Shown in pieces: positions 9,016-18,533 of a stretch of DNA of 64,000 nt (positions are counted from its first letter, which is position 1; the number at the start of each line of letters is the position of its first letter). Source of the DNA: an uncultured Methanosarcinales archaeon (GTDB lineage Archaea > Nanobdellota > Nanobdellia > Woesearchaeales > UBA12501); the NCBI GenBank assembly GCA_964459835.1, contig CAYWPA010000002.1, positions 48,711-112,710 of the forward strand, given 5' to 3'. The notes beneath the pieces were generated by a model that was given only the letters and a program-made list of their open reading frames with translations, ran no database searches and was not told where the DNA came from. The translations under genes and the position numbers were made by a program.

Positions 9016-9659
9016 TGCAGGAGATAATAACAAAAGACAATTCTCCAACAATAATGTCTTTGGAGTATTCTGAACCATACCGTTCCATTTCCGGAGCAAT
9101 GGAGGAATCTTTCAAGAAGTTTATAGGCCCGTGCAGGATAAAAGAATTTAAGGATGAAGTAAGTATTTTAGACATTGGCTTTGGCTTAGGCTATAATGTA
9201 TGCGCAGCTGTAGATGCTGTTTTGGAAGCAAATCCAAAATGCAATTTAGTTGTTTTTTCATTGGAAAAAGATAAAGAAATATTAAAAAAACTACAAAACC
9301 TAAATCCAGCTTTTAAAAATTACAATATGATAAAAGGGCTGGCAAAAAATCTTGAGTATAGAAAAGGCAATATAAATTTAAAGATTATTCTTGGCAATGC
9401 AACAGAAACAATAAAAAAAATAAATACAGATTTTGATGCAGTGTTTCTTGACCCTTTCTCCCCTCCGAAAAACCCTGAGTTATGGACAGAGGAATTTCTT
9501 AACGAGGTTGCCAAAAGAATGAAGAAAAGCGGGATTTTGGCGACCTACAGCTGCGCCAGGATAGTGAGGGAGAACATGAAAAAAGCAGGCCTTATGCCAG
9601 AGGACGGTCCATCCGTCGGAAGAAGGGCCCCTTCTACAATAGCAAGAAAAGCTTTATAA
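9015..9659 (+). CDS. MnmC/MnmD-like SAM-dependent tRNA methyltransferase (DUF752)
   Basis: DIGFGLGYN (SAM site) and FLDPFSPPKNPELWT...ILATYSCARIV..G closely parallel E. coli MnmC, DGFAPAKNPDMWT...LATFTSAGFVRRGL. Confidence 0.65.
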   Translation: MQEIITKDNSPTIMSLEYSEPYRSISGAMEESFKKFIGPCRIKEFKDEVSILDIGFGLGYNVCAAVDAVLEANPKCNLVVFSLEKDKEILKKLQNLNPAFKNYNMIKGLAKNLEYRKGNINLKIILGNATETIKKINTDFDAVFLDPFSPPKNPELWTEEFLNEVAKRMKKSGILATYSCARIVRENMKKAGLMPEDGPSVGRRAPSTIARKAL

Positions 9660-9660
9660 A
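9639..9660 (+). repeat. 22-bp direct repeat, left copy (ATAGCAAGAAAAGCTTTATAAA), includes the stop codon of the mnmC-like gene
   Basis: Perfect 22/22 match with 10651..10672. Confidence 0.85.
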
Positions 9661-9683
9661 ATATCAGAATATTAATAGTTAGT

Positions 9684-10550
9684 ATGAAGTTGAATTATAT
9701 TTCCCTATTGGCAATTTTGTTAATTGGTATGGTTTTTCTAAGCAGTTGTATGTCACAAGAATCACCAACAAAAGCTCCGACTACCACTCAACCATCTGAC
9801 ACTCCAGAAACAACACAACAAGAAACAACATCACAACAGCCAGATAAAGTTATTGACAAAGGAGACTTTAAAGTTGTATACGATTCGGTAGAAAACCCAG
9901 ATTTTATTGAATTAGAAAAAGTGCTTAAAGAATCAAAATTATTTGAAGAGGTAACAAACGAACTTAATAATAATTTTGCTTTACCTTATGATATTCTTGT
10001 TGTTTTTGAAGAATGCGGAGAAGAAAATGCGTTTTACGATTCGAATACTAAACAAATAACAATGTGTTATGAACTGATGGGTTACTTTGCCAAAGTATTT
10101 TATGATTATTCTGAAGATGATAATGACTTGGGAACGGCAATGCTAAATAGCATGTTTTTTGCATTCTATCATGAAGTTGGTCACATGATGGTTGATATAT
10201 ATGATTTACCTGCTACAGGCAATTCTGAAGATAATGCTGATCAAGTATCTACATTAATTCTTTTGAGTGACGAGGCTGATGGAGTAAGTACACTTTTGAA
10301 TGGGGCCAATTGGTTCTTTATAAAATCTGAAGAATCGGATATTGAAGAATCTATATTTTCAGACATTCACTCTCCCGATAAAAGGAGGTATTATAATCTC
10401 TTATGTTGGATTTATGGTAGTGACCCTGAAAACGGAGAATACATAATTACAGAATGGGAACTTCCAGAAGAAAGGGCTATTGGATGTGAAGAAGAATATA
10501 ATCAAATGTCTAATAGCTGGGATCGTTTGCTTTCTCCTTATTTCAAATGA
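9684..10550 (+). CDS. secreted/lipoprotein putative zinc metallopeptidase (HEVGH; DUF4344-like)
   Basis: Signal peptide with an LSSC lipobox, a T/Q/P-rich linker and an HEVGHMM HExxH motif. More AT-rich than its flanks and bracketed by the 22-bp direct repeats. Confidence 0.55.
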   Translation: MKLNYISLLAILLIGMVFLSSCMSQESPTKAPTTTQPSDTPETTQQETTSQQPDKVIDKGDFKVVYDSVENPDFIELEKVLKESKLFEEVTNELNNNFALPYDILVVFEECGEENAFYDSNTKQITMCYELMGYFAKVFYDYSEDDNDLGTAMLNSMFFAFYHEVGHMMVDIYDLPATGNSEDNADQVSTLILLSDEADGVSTLLNGANWFFIKSEESDIEESIFSDIHSPDKRRYYNLLCWIYGSDPENGEYIITEWELPEERAIGCEEEYNQMSNSWDRLLSPYFK

Positions 10551-10650
10551 ACCTATTCTTAAATTTGGCGGCAGCTCTCCATTATCAGCTTTATATGCAG
10601 TTATAGAGCCTCGCAAAACTGATGCTAACCTTTATTCTGGACAGAGCCTT

Positions 10651-10672
10651 ATAGCAAGAAAAGCTTTATAAA
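10651..10672 (+). repeat. 22-bp direct repeat, right copy
   Basis: Perfect repeat of 9639..9660. It creates a short ORF tail ...IARKAL* that duplicates the mnmC-like C-terminus. Confidence 0.85.
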
Positions 10673-10694
10673 CCTAGGGCAAGAGATATATACT

Positions 10695-11606
10695 ATGCAA
10701 GACAGGATCTTTTTTGAAAAGCCGGACTTGAACCTTCTCACAAAGCACTTTTCATGCGTGGATATGCACTTTCATACCAAGTATTCTGACACTTATACAA
10801 AAGTCCCCAATATAATAAAAAAAGCAGCAAAGAAAGGAGTAGGGGTTGCCATAACAGATCACAACGGAATAAATGGAAGCATAGAGGCATACAATAATAA
10901 GAAAGGCGTTATGGTTGTTCCTGCAATAGAGATTTCTGCAAAACAGGGCCCGCATATATTATTTTATTTTTACAGCATGAAAGAGCTGCAGGAGTTCTAT
11001 GAAAAAAAGATAAAGGATTTCAAGTCAAGAGCTCCCTACATGGCCACAAAGCTGACTGCAGAAGAAATTCTTGAAAGGGCTGAAGGATATAACTGCATAA
11101 GCTCTGCAGCACACCCTTCTTCAATAGGGCATTGGGACTTAAGGGCAAAGGTGGAAAAGGGAGAGATAAGCAGGGATGTTCTGAAAAAACTTGACTGCTT
11201 TGAGATGTTTAATGGCATGATGTCCAGGAAGATGAATGAGGAGTCCACAAGATGGGGTGTTGATCTTGGGAAGGGAATGACAGCAGGAAGCGACGGTCAC
11301 ACTCTGTTCTGCCTTGGAAGGACTGTATGCTACTCTGAAAGTGAAGGGGTAGACGGGTTCTTAGATGCCATAAGTAAGAAAAAGAACTATGCTATTGGAA
11401 AGGTTGCAAAGATAGGAAGCAGGGCATTGACTTACTCAAAGAACTTCGGAAAGCACTCTGTTTACGCAGGGCCTGCAATAGTCATACATTACAATCTTTA
11501 TATGAAAAACAACGTCGACAGGATGAAAGGAAAAATAAAAGAGAAAAGGGATGTTGTAGCGAACAATATAAAAGAAAATTTCTCCAGGATGAAAGGCAAG
11601 GTATGA
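10695..11606 (+). CDS. PHP-domain metal-dependent phosphoesterase
   Basis: DMHFHTKYSD...ITDHN His/Asp motifs of the PHP family. Stop overlaps the next gene start. Confidence 0.65.
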   Translation: MQDRIFFEKPDLNLLTKHFSCVDMHFHTKYSDTYTKVPNIIKKAAKKGVGVAITDHNGINGSIEAYNNKKGVMVVPAIEISAKQGPHILFYFYSMKELQEFYEKKIKDFKSRAPYMATKLTAEEILERAEGYNCISSAAHPSSIGHWDLRAKVEKGEISRDVLKKLDCFEMFNGMMSRKMNEESTRWGVDLGKGMTAGSDGHTLFCLGRTVCYSESEGVDGFLDAISKKKNYAIGKVAKIGSRALTYSKNFGKHSVYAGPAIVIHYNLYMKNNVDRMKGKIKEKRDVVANNIKENFSRMKGKV

Positions 11607-12115
11607 GAAAGGCAGATATTTTAACAACTGTAAGGCTTTTGCTTGCGCCTGTTTTTGCTTATTCTATCTACAAGCTAAACATTATTATTTCTTTACTTGT
11701 TCTTGTTTTTGCAGGCATAACTGATATTTTAGATGGCTATTTTGCAAGAAGAGAAAAGCCAACTCATTTTGGAATGTTGTATGACAGCGCTGTTGATAAA
11801 ATATTCATGCTGTTTGTTGTTGCTTCTATTGTTATGAAAAATTCACTTCCTCTTTATTTTATTCTTATGATTATGGTTAAGGACTTTTACCTTGGTATAA
11901 TGTATGGGATAAAGCATTTTATCGGCAGCAAAAAGAAAGTCATTCCGCCTACAGTGTATGGAAAATCCCTACTTTTCATCCAGTTTGTTGTTGTAATCAT
12001 GATGGTGCTCAAAATGCCTTATATTGTTCCTGCTGTGTGGTTTGTGTTTGTCTATGGGATATGCGTAGCTGCTGATTATACTGTAAAATTCTTCGGGCAG
12101 AAGGTTAAGATTTAG
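11603..12115 (+). CDS. CDP-alcohol phosphatidyltransferase (second copy; head-group synthase)
   Basis: DILDGYFARR...G..YDSAVDK motif with TM helices. Confidence 0.6.
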   Translation: MRKADILTTVRLLLAPVFAYSIYKLNIIISLLVLVFAGITDILDGYFARREKPTHFGMLYDSAVDKIFMLFVVASIVMKNSLPLYFILMIMVKDFYLGIMYGIKHFIGSKKKVIPPTVYGKSLLFIQFVVVIMMVLKMPYIVPAVWFVFVYGICVAADYTVKFFGQKVKI

Positions 12116-12118
12116 AAA

Positions 12119-13222
12119 TTATTTCCTTTGCTTTTTTGCTGTTTTATTCTTTTTCTTTCTGCTTGGCTTATTTTCTTCCTTTAAAATAATGCTTCCAGTA
12201 TCTATGAATCTTTTTACTTCTATCGCTCTTGCTCTTATTTTTTCATCTGGATGCCCAGCAAACAAACGATGCCAAGATATTCTGTCGCCGTAAGCCACTA
12301 CATAAGGAATTTTAAATTCATTTGGCATCAGCATTTCCCTTGCAGTTCCAGAAGCGCTGGCTGCTGCGCAAGCTTGATGAAGAAGGTTTAATCCATACAA
12401 TGCCATTCTTGCATGCTCTTGCTCACTATTTTTATTTCCAACTTCTCTATAATATGTACTAAGTACAGCATCAACATAAGTTGTGTACAAAGCAGTTATC
12501 CCTATCATGTTTCTTTCAGACGTAACATCGCTTTTCATGCCATTTTCCCATAAAGCTTTGTTTGCTTCAGAGGCTTTGGCAGCATACTCATGTGAAAGTG
12601 CAGATAAGTCACCAGTTAATAGTTCAGCATAAGTCATTGCAATGCTTTTCTGTGCATTCCATATATGGGAAGCATTTTCTGACTGCAAAGCATCCTCCAA
12701 AGATGCATCTGCATGTTTACGTGCAACCACTATATCCTCAAAATTACAACTCGTGAAATGTATGCTCAATGCAGCCATATTTGCTGCATGCTCGAATCTT
12801 GATCTTTTGCCATGCATCTCTTTGTTAAGACCATGGCGTAAGTTTCCAATTGTTTCAAAAACTTTAATTGTTTCTTCAAATGTTTCTAGTGCGCTTTCAG
12901 GATCTGCATTGTTGTGCAGATGGAAGAATCCATACTCTCCTACCAATAAATCAAGTTCAGGATATTTTGGTGTTTCTATTGATCCTGCCTTTTCAAAACA
13001 CCTTTCTACTTCAACACTATCTCTTGGTTTTCCAAAATATCTCCAGAAATCTCCTCTATAAGCCTCAAGAACTTTAACTTCTTCCGGCCTTGACTTTTTA
13101 ACTATTCTGCTAAGCCCACCCAATGCCTCTAAAGCTACTACTGACTTAGATGTTCCTTGGGCACGCGCAGCATCATATCTAGCCATTTGCTCGTTTACTT
13201 CTGCGCTTAAGCCAGGTATCAT
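12119..13222 (-). CDS. hypothetical alpha-helical protein (367 aa), compositionally atypical (Ala-rich)
   Basis: Complete ORF with no recognised motif. Amino-acid composition differs from the K/E/I-rich neighbours. Confidence 0.45.
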   Translation of the reverse strand: MIPGLSAEVNEQMARYDAARAQGTSKSVVALEALGGLSRIVKKSRPEEVKVLEAYRGDFWRYFGKPRDSVEVERCFEKAGSIETPKYPELDLLVGEYGFFHLHNNADPESALETFEETIKVFETIGNLRHGLNKEMHGKRSRFEHAANMAALSIHFTSCNFEDIVVARKHADASLEDALQSENASHIWNAQKSIAMTYAELLTGDLSALSHEYAAKASEANKALWENGMKSDVTSERNMIGITALYTTYVDAVLSTYYREVGNKNSEQEHARMALYGLNLLHQACAAASASGTAREMLMPNEFKIPYVVAYGDRISWHRLFAGHPDEKIRARAIEVKRFIDTGSIILKEENKPSRKKKNKTAKKQRK

Positions 13223-13330
13223 AAGAGATGGGATAAAGAGTTGGTATTTAAACTTTACTATTTTTACTATCTAATAGAGATGAAACTTCAGCAGAAACCT
13301 TAAATACAGCCTTGGTTATATTCTCTTTAT

Positions 13331-13402
13331 GCCCCCATAGTCTAATGGATAGAATACCTGGTTGCGGTCCAGGAGGTCGGGGTTCGATTCCTCGTGGGGG
13401 CG
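13331..13402 (+). tRNA. tRNA-Arg (GCG)
   Basis: Acceptor GCCCCCA/TGGGGGC+G, anticodon stem CCTGG/CCAGG with loop TTGCGGT, T arm CGGGG-TTCGATT-CCTCG. Weak D stem. Confidence 0.7.
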
Positions 13403-13405
13403 TAT

Positions 13406-13996
13406 TCAATCCAATCTTGCTCTTCTTATATATTCCACTTCAGCATCAACTGTCAAATCAATTAAGCCTCTGAAAAACTTTCTTATGAACTCAGGCTTGT
13501 GCAGCTTATATCTTTCAGCAAGCCTTACAGCATCCTCTATGACTTGTTTTTCTCTTTCCGGAGAAACCAATGTTTTCCTTATTTCAGCATCGGATAGATT
13601 TATCATTTCTTGGTTTTGCTGTAATTTTGATTCTGCAATCAGTCTGCCAATTCCTATTACCCTTTCATTGTACAGCATTACATTGTTCACATCGCACTTT
13701 GCTGTTTTCCCGTATGCTTCTCGCTCTTCTCCTTTCTCACAAAATTCTGGAAGCATAGCCCTGTAAAACTGAATTATCCTCTCACCAATATCAATTCTCA
13801 TTTTTCTTCTTTTTTGTTCTGTAAACAGCCTGTAATCAAACCATGTTTTTCCATTTGTAACTTCTTCTGTAAAGACACCTTTATTTAGCTTGTACCTATA
13901 CCTGTCTTTAAGGCCGCTGATTATGTTTGCTGTCATTTGGTCTATTCTAACTCTTAAATCTGAAATATCTATTGCCATACAAAACACATATCTCAA
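13406..13996 (-). CDS. chorismate mutase (AroQ)-like protein with a long insertion
   Basis: N-terminal LRVRIDQM helix and C-terminal SPEREKQVIEDAVRL...FIRKFFRGLIDL resemble AroQ helices. Assignment tentative. Confidence 0.35.
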   Translation of the reverse strand: MRYVFCMAIDISDLRVRIDQMTANIISGLKDRYRYKLNKGVFTEEVTNGKTWFDYRLFTEQKRRKMRIDIGERIIQFYRAMLPEFCEKGEEREAYGKTAKCDVNNVMLYNERVIGIGRLIAESKLQQNQEMINLSDAEIRKTLVSPEREKQVIEDAVRLAERYKLHKPEFIRKFFRGLIDLTVDAEVEYIRRARLD

Positions 13997-14093
13997 ATTT
14001 GTTTATAAAACTTTTCATAAAATAACTACTAAAAGGTTTAAACATAGAGTGCTCCAATAAATTTAAAAACACTTAACAAATACCATCTCTAAA

Positions 14094-14621
14094 ATGAACA
14101 AAACAACTATCTTGGCAATGATATTTATTCTGTTAGCACTAGTTTCATGCGCAAAGCAGGAGACTACACAAGCTGAGACAATGCCTCAGCCAGTAAGGGA
14201 AGTTCCTGTACAAGAGCCAGAAGTTGTTGAAGAGGAGAAGGCTTTTATCCCGGAAGACGCTTATGAAATAAAAGGCGTTGAATCATCAGATGTAATAACA
14301 GTTTCTTACAAGACAAGGCAGACAACAGACAATACAGCAGAGCTGGAAAGCGTTGAGTTTGTAATAAGGAATTACGGAAAAGAAAACATAAAGCCAAGGG
14401 TTTTGCTTCAGGTTTTCGGAGACAGCATGGGTATAAAAGAATTTTATGAGTACGACCAATTGCCTCCTGGATATAAATTCATCAAAACTGAATCTTTAAA
14501 TGCAGAGATTGACGCTCCAAAGCTTAAGAAAGACATCAATGCGCAGGTTCTTGACATGAACAAAGGAATGCAGTTGCTTGGACAAGACTCAAAGCAGTTC
14601 ATTGCAATAAAGCCAAAGTAA
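14094..14621 (+). CDS. secreted lipoprotein-like hypothetical protein
   Basis: Signal peptide ending LVSCAK (lipobox-like). Confidence 0.45.
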   Translation: MNKTTILAMIFILLALVSCAKQETTQAETMPQPVREVPVQEPEVVEEEKAFIPEDAYEIKGVESSDVITVSYKTRQTTDNTAELESVEFVIRNYGKENIKPRVLLQVFGDSMGIKEFYEYDQLPPGYKFIKTESLNAEIDAPKLKKDINAQVLDMNKGMQLLGQDSKQFIAIKPK

Positions 14622-16376
14622 TCATTTCTTTTTCTGCGAATAATACAACTCTTCAACTTCAGCAAGAGTAGCAATCTCCTTGACTGGCTTATCAAGGCGT
14701 AAATTCTTTACACGCGGAAATCGCAAGGCAAAGCCTGAAGTATAGGTTGGCGATTTCTGTATCTCTTCATAATTGACTTCAATCACGATCTTTGGCTTAA
14801 CATCAACATGCTTTCCTTTTTCCTTAACAATCAATGGCTTTAACACTTCTGTCATCTCCTGAAAGCTCACTCCATACTCTTCCAGCTCTTTTAATCCAGT
14901 GGAAACCTTGCCAACTTCAACTAATTCTCCATTATCTTGATCAAAGCATGCGACAGTATATGAAGAAAGCCAGCCTTTTCTCTTTCCTTCTCCCCAGTCA
15001 GCGCTTATAATGACTAAATCCAATGTTTCCATAACAGGCTTTACCTTAACTCCGAAGCCAACCCTTGAGCCTGGCTTATAGATTCCTTCAAGATTCTTGA
15101 CCATAATGCCTTCTTCCCCTTCTGCAAGGCTTTCTTTGTAGAACTTTTCAGCTTTCTTTGCATCATCTGTGACAAGCTGCTTTGCGTACCTTAATTTCTT
15201 GTCCTTGTTTGTTATTATTTTCTCTATCAGCTTTCTTCTTTCCTTAAAAGGTTTGTTCACATAGCTTTCACCATTAAAAGCAATAACATCAAAAACATTC
15301 ACCTCTACAGGAAACTTCTCAGCCATTTTTTCAATATCATATTTTCTTTTTATTCTTTGGGAAATGCTCTGGAAAGGAAGATACTTCTTTGTCTTTGGAT
15401 TAAAGCCAACAGCCTCTGAGTCAAGAATAAACTCTTTTCCTTCGATGTATTTTTTAGCACTCTCAACAACATCAGGAAACTGGGTTGTAACATCTTCAAA
15501 CCTTCTTGTAAAAAGCTTTATCTTACTGTCTGTCTTATGAATTTGAATCCTAAATCCATCATACTTAAATTCCAGTGCAGCAGGCTTCCCTACTTTTTCA
15601 AAAGCATCTTTAATATCGTTAGCCTTCTGGTACAGCATGACTTTTATCGGCCGGCCTATCTTCATCTCAATCTTTCCCAGGGCTTTGGCACCTTCTTTTG
15701 CCTTTATTACAATCTCACCAAAGTCATTTGAAACATTAAACGCTTTCTGAACAAGCTCTGAATATTCATTGTATTTTTCCCTGTCAGGGTTTATTGATTT
15801 TTTCTCCTTATCATAATTTAGATTTACTTCCTTTTCAAAAAACGCCCACACTATAGCATCCCTTAAAGTGCCGTCAGCAACACCTATTCTCAAATCTTCC
15901 AGGATTGTGCGTACGATATACTTTGCCTCTTTGGCAGCAGCGCTGCCAAGCAGCTCAGCAATCAATTTTATTTTTGCATCAACAGATCCAGCCCCTTCAA
16001 GCTCTGCAAGCTTTCTTATATTGTCAAAAACTTTCTTTACTGTTAATTCTTTTGAAGCAAGCGTTCTTTGCGATTTGCCTTTTGTAAGATTTTCAGCAAC
16101 TTCTCCCAAATCCCCTGTTTTCTTCCACTCTGTTTCAATTTTATTTGCATTTAATCCTGTTGCAACATTTATTGCCTTTATCACTATCTTTGAAGCAACT
16201 CCAATTTTTCTTTCATCGCTTGCAGGAAAAATCCTACCCTGCAGCAGCAAAGTTATGTGCGGAAGGTCTTCTGTTGGGACTTTTTTTAAGAACTCTGAAA
16301 TGTAATGCGTTTTTTCCAGCCTTTTTGTAGTAGAGTCAAGCTTTTCATACACCTCTACAAGATCAGCATACTTCAT
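14622..16376 (-). CDS. lig: ATP-dependent DNA ligase
   Basis: KYDG adenylation motif (EFKYDGFRIQIH) and a conserved ligase domain order. Start chosen at MKYADLVEVYEKL. Confidence 0.85.
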   Translation of the reverse strand: MKYADLVEVYEKLDSTTKRLEKTHYISEFLKKVPTEDLPHITLLLQGRIFPASDERKIGVASKIVIKAINVATGLNANKIETEWKKTGDLGEVAENLTKGKSQRTLASKELTVKKVFDNIRKLAELEGAGSVDAKIKLIAELLGSAAAKEAKYIVRTILEDLRIGVADGTLRDAIVWAFFEKEVNLNYDKEKKSINPDREKYNEYSELVQKAFNVSNDFGEIVIKAKEGAKALGKIEMKIGRPIKVMLYQKANDIKDAFEKVGKPAALEFKYDGFRIQIHKTDSKIKLFTRRFEDVTTQFPDVVESAKKYIEGKEFILDSEAVGFNPKTKKYLPFQSISQRIKRKYDIEKMAEKFPVEVNVFDVIAFNGESYVNKPFKERRKLIEKIITNKDKKLRYAKQLVTDDAKKAEKFYKESLAEGEEGIMVKNLEGIYKPGSRVGFGVKVKPVMETLDLVIISADWGEGKRKGWLSSYTVACFDQDNGELVEVGKVSTGLKELEEYGVSFQEMTEVLKPLIVKEKGKHVDVKPKIVIEVNYEEIQKSPTYTSGFALRFPRVKNLRLDKPVKEIATLAEVEELYYSQKKK

Positions 16377-16428
16377 ACAGCTTTGGTAAGAAACATGCTT
16401 TAAAAATTTTGCCACAAAACAAAGCATG

Positions 16429-16553
16429 GTCAACCTAAGCGCCAATGCCGCGCTCTGTTCGTATTTGGTTTTTGCTCTCGTAACCTATTATGTTTCGCAA
16501 TCGCTTCCTTTGTTTTGGCACGGCGCTTGGCGGCATTGGCGTCTTTCTTATCT
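16429..16553 (+). repeat. hairpin repeat element copy B
   Basis: GTCAACCTAAGCGCCAATGCCGCGCTCTGTTCG ... GGCGCTTGGCGGCATTGGCG with inverted termini. Sits in the divergent lig/nitroreductase intergenic region. Confidence 0.7.
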
Positions 16554-16602
16554 TAATCGAACAATAGAAATCTATATAAACAAACTGTGCTCTTTACGCA
16601 AT

Positions 16603-17418
16603 ATGGATATAATGGATGCAATAAAAAAGAGGCGAAGCATAAGGAAATTTCTAGAGCTGCCTGTGGAATGGGACAAGGTAATCAGTATTCTTGAAGCCGG
16701 AAGATATGCCCCTACTGCAGGAAACCTGCAGGCATGGAAGTTTATCATAATCAATGACCAAGGTGCTAAAGACAAGGTTGCAGAAGCATGCCTTCAGCAG
16801 CTATGGATTGCAGCAGCCCCTATGATGATTGCAATTGTTTCTAATCCAGAAAAGCACGAGCAGCATTATGGGAAAGCAGGAGAAAAATATGTTGTGCAGG
16901 ACTGTGCAATGGCAGCAGAAAATATGATGCTTGCAGCAGCTGCGCAAGGATTGGCAAGCTGCTTTGTCGCTGCTTTTGACGAGAGAATGATGAGCAGTGC
17001 GCTTGGAATTCCTGAAAGAGGAAGGCCAGAAGGCATTGTTGTGATAGGATACCCGGATGAGGAAGTTCCTGTTCCCCCGAAAACTGTTCTTGAAAGCTTG
17101 GTGTTCCTGCAGAAGTATGCTAATAGGATAAAAGATATCAATATGGTTATGTGGGATGTAAGCTTAATGTTTGAAGAAAGGCTGAAGAAGGCAAAGGAAA
17201 CTGCGCAGAAGAAGGTAGGCAAGGTCCAGAAGCAGATAGAGAAATATGTCCAGGAAAAAAAGATGAGGCAGCAGGGAGAGAAAGAGTATAGGGAAGATAT
17301 TGCAAGAATGGAAGAAAAACTGTATGAACAGGAAGAGCCTTTGGGAATAAAGATAGGGAAAAAGTTCGGGGAAAAGGCAAGGAAGATTAAAGAGAAGCTG
17401 AAGAAGAAAAAAGGCTGA
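16603..17418 (+). CDS. nitroreductase-family FMN oxidoreductase with K/E-rich C-terminal tail
   Basis: RRSIRKF..., AGRYAPTAGNLQAW and a nitroreductase fold (~180 aa), followed by ~90 aa of charged coiled-coil tail. TGA stop. Confidence 0.7.
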   Translation: MDIMDAIKKRRSIRKFLELPVEWDKVISILEAGRYAPTAGNLQAWKFIIINDQGAKDKVAEACLQQLWIAAAPMMIAIVSNPEKHEQHYGKAGEKYVVQDCAMAAENMMLAAAAQGLASCFVAAFDERMMSSALGIPERGRPEGIVVIGYPDEEVPVPPKTVLESLVFLQKYANRIKDINMVMWDVSLMFEERLKKAKETAQKKVGKVQKQIEKYVQEKKMRQQGEKEYREDIARMEEKLYEQEEPLGIKIGKKFGEKARKIKEKLKKKKG

Positions 17419-17718
17419 TTCTGCCCAAAGAAGATTATCATTGCCGAAGGCGTAACAGCGTTATATCCTGAATTACGAGAACTTTATAACTTGTCATTTT
17501 TTCTTGATGCGCCGAATGAAACACAAATTAAAAGCAGAATTACAAGAGACGTGAATGAAAGAGGATACACACTTGAAGAAGCCCTTAAGCTTTTCCACAC
17601 AATACAGCCAGATTACAAAAGATTTGTAGAGCCAACAAAGGATTTTGCAGACATAGTTTATCATGTTGATATAGACTATATTATGACACCAATCCATATT
17701 GCAAAGCGTTTCCGATAA
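17419..17718 (+). pseudogene. uridine kinase/PRK-family C-terminal fragment, in frame immediately after the TGA of the upstream gene
   Basis: KKIIIAEGVTALYPELRELYNLSFFLDAPNETQIKSRITRDVNERG matches Udk's (IVEG...D..D.RL.RR..RD..ERG) C-terminal half. No P-loop N-terminus exists. Confidence 0.5.
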
Positions 17719-17749
17719 ATTTTTATTCTACATCATCTATTGGATTAAT

Positions 17750-18391
17750 ATGGGTATAAAAGCAGCCATACTGGACTTTGACGGAGTTATAGTCGATTCT
17801 GAAAAAGCCAAATTTGAAAGCCTTAAAACATTGCTAAAAGCAAAAGGCATAATTCTAAAGAGCAAGGATTTTCCAGATATGGTTGGCAAGAAAACAAAAT
17901 TATTTCTGAAAGAAAAGTTTGAAAAGGAATTATCAGACAAAGCAATAGAAGCCATAGAGAAAAAGAGAAGAGACTATCAGATGAAGCATCTCAAAAAATA
18001 CTGCAAACCAATTCCGGGCGCAAAAGAATGCATTAAGTTCCTAAAAAGAAATAATTTAAAATTATGTCTGGCAACAGGAACAAAGCGAATGGTTGTGAAC
18101 AAAGTCATTAAAATGCTGGGCTTGAAAAGCTATTTTGATGCGTTTGTTACGGGCGAGGAATTCAAAAGCTCAAAGCCAAATCCCGGAGTCTATAGAATAG
18201 CAATCAAGAAGCTAAAAATTCCAAAAAAGCATATAATTGTGATAGAAGACTCTGCTGCAGGAGTAATGTCAGCAAAGAAAGCCGGTTTGAAATGCATAGC
18301 AATAACAACAACTCAAAGAAAAAAGCAGCTTAAAAGAGCAGACATAATTGTAAGCTCTTTTAAAAATATGAAAAAACACTTAACATTTTAA
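17750..18391 (+). CDS. HAD-superfamily hydrolase (beta-phosphoglucomutase-like)
   Basis: AILDFDGVIVDSE (DxDG motif I) and IEDSAAGV..AKKAG motifs. Confidence 0.7.
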   Translation: MGIKAAILDFDGVIVDSEKAKFESLKTLLKAKGIILKSKDFPDMVGKKTKLFLKEKFEKELSDKAIEAIEKKRRDYQMKHLKKYCKPIPGAKECIKFLKRNNLKLCLATGTKRMVVNKVIKMLGLKSYFDAFVTGEEFKSSKPNPGVYRIAIKKLKIPKKHIIVIEDSAAGVMSAKKAGLKCIAITTTQRKKQLKRADIIVSSFKNMKKHLTF

Positions 18392-18434
18392 AGCTTCAAA
18401 AAGTGTGCCATAAAAACAAGAAATATATCTCTTA

Positions 18435-18475
18435 TTTATTTTCTATATAGAAAATAATTAAAATCATAAAAACCG
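18435..18475. promoter_or_regulatory. conserved palindromic upstream motif, copy 1 (TTTATTTTCTATATAGAAAATAATTAAAA)
   Basis: Near-identical to 40018-40052, 44463-44498 and 59067-59100. A TATA-like TTTATATA lies ~20 bp downstream of the motif. Confidence 0.55.
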
Positions 18476-18533
18476 AAACATTTATATATAGGAATACTCA
18501 CTAGAGAGTAATAACATTTAAAGGGTGGTCATA

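Noticed and set aside
13362-13766. Plus-strand 134-aa ORF
   Set aside because: It starts inside tRNA-Arg and is antisense to the better-supported 13406..13996 ORF.
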